From Candidatus Palauibacter sp. (GTDB taxonomy: Bacteria > Gemmatimonadota > Gemmatimonadetes > Palauibacterales > Palauibacteraceae): a stretch of 64,000 nucleotides of DNA. The position numbers were made by a program, and so were the translations under genes. The stretch covers positions 2,649,318 to 2,713,317 of the forward strand of contig NZ_OZ253465.1 in assembly GCF_965261555.1 (NCBI RefSeq). Direction: 5' to 3'. Below the pieces are notes generated by a model. It was given only the letters and a program-made list of their open reading frames with translations. It was not told the DNA's origin and made no database searches. This document shows, in pieces, positions 38,915 to 48,906 of this stretch (positions within the stretch are counted from its first letter, which is position 1; each line of letters opens with the position of its first letter).

Positions 38915-40462
38915 CTAGGGGGTCACCGCCCAGTCGGGGAGGACGCCCGGTTCGATCCCGAACAGGAGCGGCCCGACGGCGCGGAAGATCAGCGTGATCA
39001 CGACGGCGCCGATGAGGTTGAGGAAGAGTCCCGCCCGCGCCATCTCCGCGATCCTCACCCGGTTGCTCCCGAACACCACGGCGTTGGGCGGCGTCGCCAC
39101 CGGCATCATGAAGGCGCACGAGGCGGAGAGCGTCGCCGGGACCATCAGCAGGAGCGGGTGAACGCCGGTCGCGACGGCGACCGCCGCGAAGATCGGGAGC
39201 ACCATCTCCGTCGTCGCCGTGTTCGAGGTGAGTTCGGTGAGGAACGTCATCGCGAGGCAGATGACGAGGATCAGCACGAGCGGCGGCACCGTCGACAGCC
39301 CGCTGAACCCCTCTCCGACGAACCGCGCCAGCCCCGTGGCCTGGAAGCCGTGCGCGAGGGCGAAGCCTCCCCCGAACAGCAGCACGATGTTCCACGGAAG
39401 CCGCCGCACCACGTCCGGTCCCATGACGGTGGCGGATCTTGCGCCCGGCGACCTCGTCGGGACGAGAAAGAGAATGCAGGCCATCGTGATCGCGACGGTC
39501 CCGTCGTCGATCAGGTGACCGTAGGGCAGGAGCGAGGACCAGCCCGGGATCGTGACCCGGCCGATCTCGATCGGCGCGCGGAAGACCCACAGCAGCGCCG
39601 TCGAGGCGAAGACCGCGAGGATCGCCCGCTCCTCGAAGGCGACGGAGCCGAGCTTCCGCATCTCGGACTCCACGACATCGCGGTCGACGGTCACCTCCTC
39701 CGGCACGCGGAAGAAGACCCGGGTGATGAGTATCCACGCGAAGACCAGCATGAGCGCCGCGATCGGCAGCGCCATGACGAACCACACCCCGAAGGCGATG
39801 TGCGGGGCGTCCGGGAAGGTGATCGCGAAGATTCGCTGAAGGGAGAGGTTCGGGGGCGTGCCGACCAGCGTCGCGATCCCGCCGGCGGAGCAGGCGTACG
39901 CGATCCCCAGCATGATCGACACGGAGAAGGCGCGCGTGCTGCTGTGACCGAACTGCTCTTCCATGCGCAGGATGACGGCGAGTCCGACGGGGACCATCAT
40001 GATCGCGGTCGCCGTATTCGAGATCCACATGGAGAGGAAGGCCGCCGCGAGCATGAAGCCGAGCACGATGCGGGCGGGACCGCCGCCCACCGCCCGGATG
40101 ACCCAGAGGGCGATCCGCCGGTGTACGTCCCACTTCTCCATCGTGAGCGCGATCATGAAGCCGCCGAGGAAGAGAACGATCGTGCTGTTGAAATAGTGGG
40201 GCGCCGTCTCCGCGGTCCGCTCGATCCCGAGGATCGGGAACAGGAGGAGCGGGAGCAGCGCGGTCGCGAAGAGCGGAATCGCGTCGGTGATCCACCATGT
40301 GGCCATGAGGACCGCCACCGCCGCCATGCGGGTGACCTCCGGCCGTCCGGGCTCGAGGTCGAGCAGCAGCATCAGGAGGAAGAGGAGCGGTCCGAGCCAC
40401 AGTCCGATGCGCTGGCCGCGCGAGCGCGTCCCGGATCTGTCCTCCGAACGGTTGTGTTCCAT
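38915..40462 (-). CDS. SLC13/DASS family Na+:dicarboxylate/sulfate symporter
   Basis: LSMWISNTAT, GGIATLVGTPPN, LLFGGG, TELTSNTAT, AFMMPVATPPNA. Confidence 0.93.
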   Translation of the reverse strand: MEHNRSEDRSGTRSRGQRIGLWLGPLLFLLMLLLDLEPGRPEVTRMAAVAVLMATWWITDAIPLFATALLPLLLFPILGIERTAETAPHYFNSTIVLFLGGFMIALTMEKWDVHRRIALWVIRAVGGGPARIVLGFMLAAAFLSMWISNTATAIMMVPVGLAVILRMEEQFGHSSTRAFSVSIMLGIAYACSAGGIATLVGTPPNLSLQRIFAITFPDAPHIAFGVWFVMALPIAALMLVFAWILITRVFFRVPEEVTVDRDVVESEMRKLGSVAFEERAILAVFASTALLWVFRAPIEIGRVTIPGWSSLLPYGHLIDDGTVAITMACILFLVPTRSPGARSATVMGPDVVRRLPWNIVLLFGGGFALAHGFQATGLARFVGEGFSGLSTVPPLVLILVICLAMTFLTELTSNTATTEMVLPIFAAVAVATGVHPLLLMVPATLSASCAFMMPVATPPNAVVFGSNRVRIAEMARAGLFLNLIGAVVITLIFRAVGPLLFGIEPGVLPDWAVTP

Positions 40463-40721
40463 GCACTTCCTCGCCGGCTCCGGGCCCCGGATTCAGGCTC
40501 CGCCCGTGCGGGCGGGGGCGGTGCGCCGCCCGAGATGGCGGACCGCGGCGGAGGAACGTACCATCCGACGCGAGATGCCGCGTAGTTTCCTCTCACGGGC
40601 CGCTGGGCTAGCTTTGCGTCCCTTTGCCACGTCGCAGCGACGGTGCCCGGCCCGGCCGGGGTCGCTCGGGCCCCGCCGCGGGCCGCGATCACGAAACCCA
40701 CGAAGAACGGTGACAATCTAG

Positions 40722-42443
40722 ATGTTCGGTTCGGTACGATGGCGATTGATCTGGATCGCCGTTCTGGTAGCCATTTGCGGTTTCGCCCTGGTGCCCGAGA
40801 CGATCGTGGACGAAGTCACGGGCGAGTCCGAGCGGGTCTGGCCGCTCAAGCTCGGACTGGACCTGCAGGGCGGGATGCACCTCGCGGTCGAGATCTACGA
40901 CCCCGAGGGCGCCCTGAGCGGGCAGGATCTCGACGATGCGGTCGAACGCACGCTCACGACGATTCGGAACCGGATCGACGAGTTCGGCGTCCGCGAGCCG
41001 ACGATCCAGCGCTCGGGCAACCGCATCATCATCGAACTCGCGGGGGTCGACGACCCGGAGCAGGCAAAGCGGATCGCCACGGAGACCGCGTTCATGGAGT
41101 TCAAGATCGTCACGGACGGTCAGGAATTCATGGACGCGCTCGAGCGGATCGACCGCGCGATCGTGAACGAGGTGGGGATCGAGAACCTGCAGGTCACGAC
41201 GCTCGAGACCGAGCCGGAAGTCGACCTGAGCGACATCCTCGGCGGCGGCGCCGATTCCGTTGCGGCGGAGGATCCGGCCGAAGAAGCCGACGAAGCGGTG
41301 GAAGAGGATCCGGCCGCCGACTCCCTCGCGGCCGAAGGGGACGACGCGGAGACGGCGGATGCGGCTGAAGCGGCGAACGAAGCCACGGCTCGGCCGCTCT
41401 CGGCCCTTCTCGGACAGGGACGGATCCTCGGAGAGTATCTCGTCCCGCAGGAGGATCAGCCCACGGCGGCGGCGTGGCTCGAACTCGAGGGCGTCCGGGA
41501 CGCGCTCCCCAGGGGCGTCACGCTTCACTGGGGAGTGGAGCAGGTCGGGGCGGGCGCGGGATCCTACGTGCCGCTCTATGTGCTCGAGGCGGAGCCGTTG
41601 ATCACGGGCGACATGCTTCAGGACGCGGGGCCCGCGAACCGCGATCCGACGTTCAACCAGCCGATCGTTCCCTTCGAGACGACCCGGCGCGGCTCGCGGG
41701 TCTTCGAGCGCGGTACGGCGCGCAACATCGGCGAGAACATGGCCATCGTCCTCGACGACCGGGTCCAGAGCTACGCGGTCATCCGCAGCGTCCTGAGCCG
41801 GCGCGCCCAGATCGAACTCACCCCGGGAGCGTCCTTCCAGGAGGCGCAGGAGCTTGCGCTCGTCCTTCGGGCCGGTGCGCTGCCGATGCCGATCGAGGTC
41901 GTCGAGGAGCGCAACGTGAGCGCCTCGCTCGGCGAAGACTCCATCCGGCAGGGCCGCACCGCCTTCATCATCGGAATCGTCGGCGTGATCATCGTCATGA
42001 TGATCTACTACCGGGCGGCGGGAATACTCGCCGTCGGGGCGCTGCTCACGTACGTCATTTTCATGCTGGGCGGCCTGGCCGGCCTCGACGCGACGCTCAC
42101 CCTGCCGGGCATCGCGGGTCTCATCCTTTCCATCGGGATGGCGGTGGACGCGAACGTCCTCATCTTCGAACGGGTGCGAGAGGAACTCGCGGCCGGGAAA
42201 ACGCCACGCACCGCGGTGGACGCGGGGTTCGGCAACGCGCTGTCGGCGATCGTGGACGCGAACCTCACGACGCTCATCACCGGGATCATCCTCTTCCAGT
42301 TCGGGACCGGCGCGGTGCGGGGCTTCGCGGTGACGCTGTGCATCGGGATCCTCGCGTCGTTCTTCTCCGCGATCTACGTGACGCGGACGCTCTTCATCAT
42401 GTACCTGAACCGACGCGGCTCCCGGGAGTCCGTGAGCATATAG
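40722..42443 (+). CDS. secD: Protein translocase subunit SecD
   Basis: LKLGLDLQGG, RIDEFGVREP, MAIVLD, LRAGALP, TLTLPGIAG, GMAVDANVLIFER. Confidence 0.97.
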   Translation: MFGSVRWRLIWIAVLVAICGFALVPETIVDEVTGESERVWPLKLGLDLQGGMHLAVEIYDPEGALSGQDLDDAVERTLTTIRNRIDEFGVREPTIQRSGNRIIIELAGVDDPEQAKRIATETAFMEFKIVTDGQEFMDALERIDRAIVNEVGIENLQVTTLETEPEVDLSDILGGGADSVAAEDPAEEADEAVEEDPAADSLAAEGDDAETADAAEAANEATARPLSALLGQGRILGEYLVPQEDQPTAAAWLELEGVRDALPRGVTLHWGVEQVGAGAGSYVPLYVLEAEPLITGDMLQDAGPANRDPTFNQPIVPFETTRRGSRVFERGTARNIGENMAIVLDDRVQSYAVIRSVLSRRAQIELTPGASFQEAQELALVLRAGALPMPIEVVEERNVSASLGEDSIRQGRTAFIIGIVGVIIVMMIYYRAAGILAVGALLTYVIFMLGGLAGLDATLTLPGIAGLILSIGMAVDANVLIFERVREELAAGKTPRTAVDAGFGNALSAIVDANLTTLITGIILFQFGTGAVRGFAVTLCIGILASFFSAIYVTRTLFIMYLNRRGSRESVSI

Positions 42444-42456
42444 GAACGAAGTCATC

Positions 42457-43389
42457 ATGAGGGTCTTCCAGAACGCGAACTACAAGTTCCTTTCCATGCG
42501 CCGGCCGGCGTACTTCGCGTCGGCCGCGATCATCACGATCGGCCTTCTGTCGATCGTCTTCCGCGGCGGGCTGCGGACGGGGGTCGAGTTTACCGGCGGC
42601 GTGCTGCTCGAGGTCCAGTTCTCGGAGACGACCGACGTGGGTCAGATCCGTGACGCGCTGACGGCCGGAGGCACGACGGGCGTTCAGATTCAGCAGCTGC
42701 GGACGGTCGGAGCGGAGACGTTCGACTTTCTGCTGCGCGTGCCGGTCGGGGAGGAAGAGGACCAGAACGCGATCCGGGACCAGATCAGGACGAGCCTGGA
42801 GACGCAGTACTCCGCCGCGAGCTTCGAGATCGCGCGCGGCGATACGTTGAGCGCCAAAGTCGGCGACGAGTTCCAGCGCACCGCGGTCATCGCCGTGCTC
42901 CTCTCCTTCCTGCTGACCCTGATCTACCTCGCCTTCCGCTTCGAGTGGCGGTTCGGCGTGGCCGCCGTCATCGCGACGGTGCACGACATGCTCATCACCT
43001 TCGGGTTCATCTCGCTGTTCGACATCGAGATCAACCTCGCCACCGTCGCCGCGATTCTCACGATCATCGGGTATTCGCTCAACGACACCATCGTCGTCTT
43101 CGACCGCGTGCGGGAGAATCTCAGGAAGAAGCGGAAGGAAGCGTACGACGTGACGCTCAACCGCAGCCTGAACGAGACGCTGCCTCGAACGGTCCTCACG
43201 AGCGGCACGACGCTGATCGCGCTGCTTTCGCTGGTCGTCATCGGGGGCGCCGTGATTCGGCCCTTCGCCGGGGTGCTCATCATCGGAGTTCTCGTCGGGA
43301 CGTATTCCTCGATCTTCGTGGCGTCTCCCGTTCTCGTCGAGATTCACGAGCGGGCGCGCAAGCGCGCCGCGATCGCCGCCCGCGCCTAG
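42457..43389 (+). CDS. secF: Protein translocase subunit SecF
   Basis: GVEFTGG, RFEW, HD, IGYSLNDTIVVFDRVRE, GTYSSIFVA. Confidence 0.97.
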   Translation: MRVFQNANYKFLSMRRPAYFASAAIITIGLLSIVFRGGLRTGVEFTGGVLLEVQFSETTDVGQIRDALTAGGTTGVQIQQLRTVGAETFDFLLRVPVGEEEDQNAIRDQIRTSLETQYSAASFEIARGDTLSAKVGDEFQRTAVIAVLLSFLLTLIYLAFRFEWRFGVAAVIATVHDMLITFGFISLFDIEINLATVAAILTIIGYSLNDTIVVFDRVRENLRKKRKEAYDVTLNRSLNETLPRTVLTSGTTLIALLSLVVIGGAVIRPFAGVLIIGVLVGTYSSIFVASPVLVEIHERARKRAAIAARA

Positions 43390-43405
43390 CCACGGGCTGC
43401 CAGGG

Positions 43406-44191
43406 GTGGCCGGAGCCCGTACGACGCTTTTCGACTCGCACCTTCATCTGACCGCGGCCCGCTTCGCCCCCGACCTCGACGAGGTGGTGGATCGGGCGCG
43501 CGCGCGGGGCGTGAGCCGCATGGTCACGATCGCCTCGGATCCCGAGGACGCGGAGGAAGCTCTGGCGCTGGCCGCGCGGACACCCGGACTGTGGGCGACG
43601 GCCGGACTCCATCCCCACGCGGCGGACCGGACCTCGGCCGCTCTCATGCGCGAGATCGAGCGCATCGCCGAAGCCCCCGAGATCGTCGCGATCGGGGAAA
43701 CGGGCCTGGACTTCCATTACGACAGTGCGGCCCGGCCGGCGCAGCTGGAGAACTTCGAGGCGCACCTCCGGATGGCGGCCCGGCTCGGTCTGCCGATCGT
43801 CGTACATTCCCGCTCGGCGGAGGACGAGACGGCCGAGCGGGTGAGGGAGTACGGCGACGGCGCCACGGGAGTGCTGCACTGCTTCACGGGAGGCGAAGCA
43901 CTCCTCCACGCCGCCCTGGATGCGGACTGGTACGTCTCCTTTTCCGGCCTCATCACGTTCGTCCCCGAGCTTGCCGAGTGGGCCCGCGTGGTGCCGGACG
44001 ACCGGCTCCTCATCGAGACGGACGCCCCCTACCTCGCGCCCGCCCCCCGCCGCGGTCGCCGAAACGAACCCGCCTACCTCACGCACACGTGCGAGCGGCT
44101 GGCGGAGGTGCGCGGGGTGTCCTTCGAGGAGGCCGCGGTGCTCACGGCGGCGAACGCCTGCCGCTTCTACGGCCTGCAGGACGCGGCATGA
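43406..44191 (+). CDS. TatD-family hydrolase
   Basis: DSHLH, GLHPH, IGETGLD, HSR, HCF, ETDAPYL, RNEP. Confidence 0.93.
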   Translation: MAGARTTLFDSHLHLTAARFAPDLDEVVDRARARGVSRMVTIASDPEDAEEALALAARTPGLWATAGLHPHAADRTSAALMREIERIAEAPEIVAIGETGLDFHYDSAARPAQLENFEAHLRMAARLGLPIVVHSRSAEDETAERVREYGDGATGVLHCFTGGEALLHAALDADWYVSFSGLITFVPELAEWARVVPDDRLLIETDAPYLAPAPRRGRRNEPAYLTHTCERLAEVRGVSFEEAAVLTAANACRFYGLQDAA

Positions 44192-45981
44192 ACCGGCCGG
44201 GCACGGGTGGCGTGCAGATCCTGCCCGACCATGTCGCGAACCAGATCGCGGCGGGCGAGGTCGTGGAGCGTCCCGCCTCCGTCGTGAAGGAACTCGCCGA
44301 GAACGCGGTCGATGCGGGTGCGAGACGCGTCGAGGTCGCGATCCGCAACGGAGGGAAGACCGAGATCCGGGTCTCGGACGACGGGAGCGGAATGACTCGC
44401 GAGGACGCCGTACTCGCGCTGGACCGGCACGCGACGAGCAAGATCCGGAGCGTGGACGATCTGCGGAGCGTCCGCTCGTTCGGCTTCCGCGGCGAGGCGC
44501 TGCCCTCCATCGCGGCCGTGAGCCGATTCGAACTGCACACGGCCCTCAGCCCGGAAGAGGGGGTGAGGGCGCGGGTCGACTTCGGGCGCATCCGCAGCGT
44601 GGATGACGTGCCGCGCCGGCGCGGCACGACGGTGACGGTCCGGGCGCTGTTCCATGACCTTCCGGCGCGCGCGAAGTTCCTCAGGACTTCGGCCGCCGAG
44701 ACGCGGGCCGCGGGCGAAGCGCTCGTGCTCCTCGCGCTTGCGAACCCCGCCGTCGGCTTTCGGTTCGAGTCGAATCGTCGCGCCTCCATGGATCTCGCCC
44801 CGGCGCGGGACTGGCTCGGACGGATCGGCCAGCTCTGGGGAGACCTCGCCCCCACGCTCATTCCCGTGGAAGGTGCGGGCGGCCCCGTGCGGGTCCGGGG
44901 CTTCATCCAGCGGCCCGACGCCGCGCGCGCGAGGGGAGGGCGCCGGTACACCTTCGTGAACGGACGCCCCTTCCGGGATCCCGCTCTCCTGCGGCTCGTG
45001 GATGAGGCGTTCCGGACGACGGTCGTCGAGGGCCTTCGGCCGAGCCTCTTCCTGCGGATCGAGACGCCGCCCGCATCCGTCGATGTCAACGTTCATCCGG
45101 CCAAGGCGGAGGTGCGTTTCCGCGACCGCGAGAGCGTTGAGGAGGCGGTCCGCGGTGCGGTGCGCGCCGCGCTGGCGCGGCTCGATTCGACGAAACCGGT
45201 CGGAGTCCCCGGCGAGGCGCCCGATCCGGAGCGCGGCCATCGAACGCCCTCCCCCGGCCGCGGCGCGAAGTCCCGCGGCGAGCCGCCCGCGGAGATGCCG
45301 CAGTTCGCCCTCTTCGTCTCCGGACGGGACGACGCGGGCGGACCGGCCGAGCCGGGGGCCGAAAGCGGCGCGGGCGGGGAGGGGACCGCGGCGGAGGCGC
45401 CGTTCGTCGGCCCGGAACTTTGGCAACTCCACGACCGTTACATCCTGGCCGCGACCCGCGAGGGGCTCCTCATCGTCGACCAGCACTCGGCACACGAGCG
45501 AGTGCTCTACGAGGAGATCATGGCGCGGTTCGAAGCGGGCGGCGGCACCTCCCAGGCGCTCCTCTTTCCGGTCACGCTGCAGTTCTCGCCTCCGGAGGCC
45601 GACGCGCTCGAGGATCTCGCCGGACTGCTCGCCCGGCAGGGTTTCGAGCTGGAGCCGTTCGGCGAGCGGACCTGGATTCTGACGGCGGCCCCGCAGCCCC
45701 ACTCCCGGTTCGACGCCGAGCGCTGTCTGCGCGAGATGGTGCGGGAACTGGCGGAGGGCTCCCCGCTCGTGAACGCCGCGCGCAACCAGCACGAGCGTGT
45801 CGCGATGAGCATGGCGTGCAAGGGAGCGATCAAGGCGGGAGAGCCCATCTCCCCGGAAGAGGCGAGGGAGCTCTTCGACCGGCTGTTCGCGACCCCGCTG
45901 CCCGGGCACGATGTCCATGGCCGCCCGACGATCGTGCGCCTGAGCGTCGAGGAGCTCGACCGGCGGTTCGGCCGCGGGTAG
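44188..45981 (+). CDS. mutL: DNA mismatch repair endonuclease MutL
   Basis: NQIAAGEVVERPASVVKEL, HATSKI, GFRGEAL, DVNVHPAK.EV, DQHSAHER, ACK, HGRP. Confidence 0.97.
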   Translation: MNRPGTGGVQILPDHVANQIAAGEVVERPASVVKELAENAVDAGARRVEVAIRNGGKTEIRVSDDGSGMTREDAVLALDRHATSKIRSVDDLRSVRSFGFRGEALPSIAAVSRFELHTALSPEEGVRARVDFGRIRSVDDVPRRRGTTVTVRALFHDLPARAKFLRTSAAETRAAGEALVLLALANPAVGFRFESNRRASMDLAPARDWLGRIGQLWGDLAPTLIPVEGAGGPVRVRGFIQRPDAARARGGRRYTFVNGRPFRDPALLRLVDEAFRTTVVEGLRPSLFLRIETPPASVDVNVHPAKAEVRFRDRESVEEAVRGAVRAALARLDSTKPVGVPGEAPDPERGHRTPSPGRGAKSRGEPPAEMPQFALFVSGRDDAGGPAEPGAESGAGGEGTAAEAPFVGPELWQLHDRYILAATREGLLIVDQHSAHERVLYEEIMARFEAGGGTSQALLFPVTLQFSPPEADALEDLAGLLARQGFELEPFGERTWILTAAPQPHSRFDAERCLREMVRELAEGSPLVNAARNQHERVAMSMACKGAIKAGEPISPEEARELFDRLFATPLPGHDVHGRPTIVRLSVEELDRRFGRG

Positions 45982-46007
45982 CCGCCGCGCCCGTGGGGAG
46001 TTCACCC

Positions 46008-46937
46008 GTGCCGGCCATCGCGGGGCCTACCGCCTCGGGCAAGACGTCCGTCGCCATCGAGCTTGCGCGCCTGCTGGACGGCGAGATCATCTCCATGGAC
46101 AGCCGCCAGGCGTACCGCGGCTTCGCGACCGGGACCGCGGCGCCCTCCGCGAGCGAACTCGCCGCTGCGCCGCACCACGGCGTCGGCTTTCTCGACCCGC
46201 ACGAACGCTACGGCGCGGGTCGGTTCGCACGTCTGGCGACTCGCTGGCTCTCCGAGATCCGGACGCGGGGGCGCGTCCCCATCCTCGCCGGCGGGACGGG
46301 GCTTTTCCTGCGTGCGCTCACGCACCCGATGTTCGAGGAGCCTCCGCTCGATCCGGCGCGCCGCGCGGCGCTACACGCTTGGCTGGATCGGCTCGAACGC
46401 GAGGAACTCGTACGCTGGGCGGCCCGCCTCGATCCGGCGCTGGCGGCGCGACACCGCCCCCTCGACCGGCAGCGGGCGGCGCGCACGGCGGAACTCGCGC
46501 TCATGACGGGCGAGCCGCTCACTCGCTGGATGACGCGCGCCCCGACCGAGCGCGCACCGCTGCGCACCGCGACCTTTGTGTTGGAGTGGCCCGCGCCGCT
46601 CCTGCGCGAACGGATCGCGCGCCGCGCCGAGGCCCTGGTGCGGGGTGGCGCGTGGCTGGAGGAGGTCCGGGGTCTCCTGGCACGCGGCCTCGACGGATCC
46701 CGCGCCTTCGACGCGCTGGGCTACGCGGACGTCGCGGCGCTGGTTCGGGGCGAGGCCGACGTCGACGAGACGATCGAGCGCGTGTCGAGGGCCACCTGGC
46801 GCTACGCGCGCCGGCAGCGGACATGGTTCCGGCACCAGCTTCCGGACGACGCCGTCGTCCTCCAGGTGCTGGACGAGTCGACGACACCGGGGCAACTTGC
46901 GCGCCGCATCGCAACAGACTGGCGCGAATCAGGATGA
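46008..46937 (+). CDS. miaA: tRNA (adenosine(37)-N6)-dimethylallyltransferase
   Basis: GPTASGKT, IISMDSRQ, GGTGLF, LGY, YARRQRTWFR; GTG after SD GGGGAG. Confidence 0.93.
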   Translation: MPAIAGPTASGKTSVAIELARLLDGEIISMDSRQAYRGFATGTAAPSASELAAAPHHGVGFLDPHERYGAGRFARLATRWLSEIRTRGRVPILAGGTGLFLRALTHPMFEEPPLDPARRAALHAWLDRLEREELVRWAARLDPALAARHRPLDRQRAARTAELALMTGEPLTRWMTRAPTERAPLRTATFVLEWPAPLLRERIARRAEALVRGGAWLEEVRGLLARGLDGSRAFDALGYADVAALVRGEADVDETIERVSRATWRYARRQRTWFRHQLPDDAVVLQVLDESTTPGQLARRIATDWRESG

Positions 46938-46947
46938 AGACGGGACG

Positions 46948-48102
46948 ATGAAGATCGGGATCACGTGCTATCCGACGTACGGGGGCTCCGGAGCGATCGC
47001 CACCGAGCTGGGGCTCGGCCTCGCCCGCCGGGGGCACGAGGTACACTTCATCTCCTATGCGCAGCCCTTCCGTCTCACCCACTTCATCGATGGCGTCTAC
47101 TTCCACGAAGTCGAGGTCAACCGCTATCCGCTGTTCGAGTATCCCCCCTACTCGCTCGCGCTCGCCGTCACGATGCACGAAGTGGCGCGACGCGAGGAGC
47201 TCGACCTGCTCCACGTGCACTACGCGATCCCGCATGCCACGGCCGGATGGATCGCGCGCGACATGCTCCGGGACGGAGGCCGCGACGTGAAGCTCGTCAC
47301 GACGCTGCACGGCACGGACATCACGCTCGTGGGCCAGGACCCGTCGTACTGGTCGATCACCCGCTTCTCGATCGAGAAGTCCGACCGGCTCACCGCCGTC
47401 TCCGACTGGCTCCGCGAGCGGACGCACCGCGACTTCGACTGCAGCCGCTGCGCGATCGAGGTCATCCCGAACTTCGTCGATCCGAAGATCTACGACCGCG
47501 AGCGCTACCGGGGCCGCCACCGGCTCGCGCGGGCCGGAGAGAAGGTCGTGATGCACATCTCGAACTTTCGGGCGGTCAAGCGGATCCCGGATCTCATGCA
47601 GATGTTCGCGCGGATCCAGGACGCCTTGCCGGCTCGCCTCATCCTCGTGGGAGACGGTCCGGAGCGGCAGCGCGCCGCGGAGATCGCCGCGGAGCTGGAC
47701 ATGGCCGAGCGCGTCGTCTTCCTCGGCAAGATCGACTCCGTCGCCGAACTCCTCGCCAGTGCGGATCTTTTCCTGCTCCCGAGCGAGCAGGAATCCTTCG
47801 GTCTTGTGGCGCTGGAAGCGCAGGCCTCCGGGGTTCCCGTGGTGGGGTCCTCCGGAACGGGCATCGACGAAGTCGTGGCGCACGGCGCGACGGGCTACCT
47901 GCACCCCGTCGGGTCGGTCGAAGCCATGTCGGCGTCGGCGATCTCCCTGCTGAGCGACGAGGCGCGCTGGGACGCGTTCTCCCGCGCATCGCGTGAGCGC
48001 GCTCTCGAACGCTTCACGATCGACCGTATCCTCCCGCTCTACGAGTCACTTTACGAGAGAGTCCTCGCGGAGGGGGACGAGTCCGGGGGCCGGACGGCGT
48101 GA
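46948..48102 (+). CDS. bshA: N-acetyl-alpha-D-glucosaminyl L-malate synthase (bacillithiol biosynthesis)
   Basis: MKIGITCYPTYGGSG..ATELG, YPLFEYPPY, HVHYAIPHA, TTLHGTDITLVG, HISNFR.VKR, ESFGLVALEA. Confidence 0.92.
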   Translation: MKIGITCYPTYGGSGAIATELGLGLARRGHEVHFISYAQPFRLTHFIDGVYFHEVEVNRYPLFEYPPYSLALAVTMHEVARREELDLLHVHYAIPHATAGWIARDMLRDGGRDVKLVTTLHGTDITLVGQDPSYWSITRFSIEKSDRLTAVSDWLRERTHRDFDCSRCAIEVIPNFVDPKIYDRERYRGRHRLARAGEKVVMHISNFRAVKRIPDLMQMFARIQDALPARLILVGDGPERQRAAEIAAELDMAERVVFLGKIDSVAELLASADLFLLPSEQESFGLVALEAQASGVPVVGSSGTGIDEVVAHGATGYLHPVGSVEAMSASAISLLSDEARWDAFSRASRERALERFTIDRILPLYESLYERVLAEGDESGGRTA

Positions 48103-48899
48103 ACCCGTTCGAAGCCCTCGTCCTCGGCGTCGTCCAGGGCCTCACCGAGTTCCTGCCCGTGTCGAGTTCCGGGCATCTCGTTCTCGGGCAGGCGCTCTTC
48201 GGGGTCGAACTCCCCGGCGTCGTGTTCGAGGTCACCGTGCACGTCGCAACGCTGTGCGCCGTGTGCTGGGTCTATCGCGGACGCCTCGCGGAGCTGGTTC
48301 GGGGGGTGTGCTCGGGGGACCGCCGGAGTATCGGGGATGTCGGACTCCTCGCCGCGGCCACGCTCCCCGCCGCCGCCGTCGGGCTTGGCCTGCGGAGCAC
48401 GCTGGAGCCCACATTCGAGCGGCCCGTGCTCGCGGCGGCGATGCTGCTGGTCACCGGCGCCCTCGTGTGGTCGATCCGGCGCCTCTCCCGCCGGAGCACG
48501 CGCTCCCGGCCGACGGCCCGCGGGGCGCTGGCGATCGGCCTCGCGCAGGCGTGCGCCATCCTGCCCGGCATCTCGCGTTCGGGGAGCACGGTGGCCGCGG
48601 CGACCGCCGCCGGGGTCGAACCTCGCCGCGCGGCCGAGTTCTCCTTTCTCCTCTCGATCCCGGCAATCGGAGGGGCGGCCGTGCTCCAGGCGCCGAATCT
48701 CGGGGAGGTCGGACTCGCGGTCGGCATGCTGCCCCTCGGGCTCGCCTTCGCGGCTTCGGCCCTGTCAGGGGTCCTTGCCATTCGTATCTTCCTGCGGATG
48801 CTCGAGCGGCGTGTATTCCACCGCTTCGCCTGGTACTGCTGGGTCGTCGGCGGGGGATACCTGGCCGCGGCCGCGATCTGGCCGGCGCTTCGCGGATGA
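48099..48899 (+). CDS. uppP: Undecaprenyl-diphosphate phosphatase
   Basis: LGVVQGLTEFLPVSSSGH, PGISRSGST, AAEFSFLLSIP. Confidence 0.95.
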   Translation: MNPFEALVLGVVQGLTEFLPVSSSGHLVLGQALFGVELPGVVFEVTVHVATLCAVCWVYRGRLAELVRGVCSGDRRSIGDVGLLAAATLPAAAVGLGLRSTLEPTFERPVLAAAMLLVTGALVWSIRRLSRRSTRSRPTARGALAIGLAQACAILPGISRSGSTVAAATAAGVEPRRAAEFSFLLSIPAIGGAAVLQAPNLGEVGLAVGMLPLGLAFAASALSGVLAIRIFLRMLERRVFHRFAWYCWVVGGGYLAAAAIWPALRG

Positions 48900-48906
48900 C
48901 CGTTGA

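Noticed and set aside
25388-40462. Genomic island integrated at the tRNA
   Set aside because: No integrase or transposase, no duplicated tRNA 3' end seen, and composition looks like the flanks.
43591-44187. N-terminal extensions of MutL, and likewise MiaA, BshA, ScpA and PheS in the ORF track
   Set aside because: They overlap upstream genes in another frame; homology begins at downstream starts with an SD or stop/start coupling.
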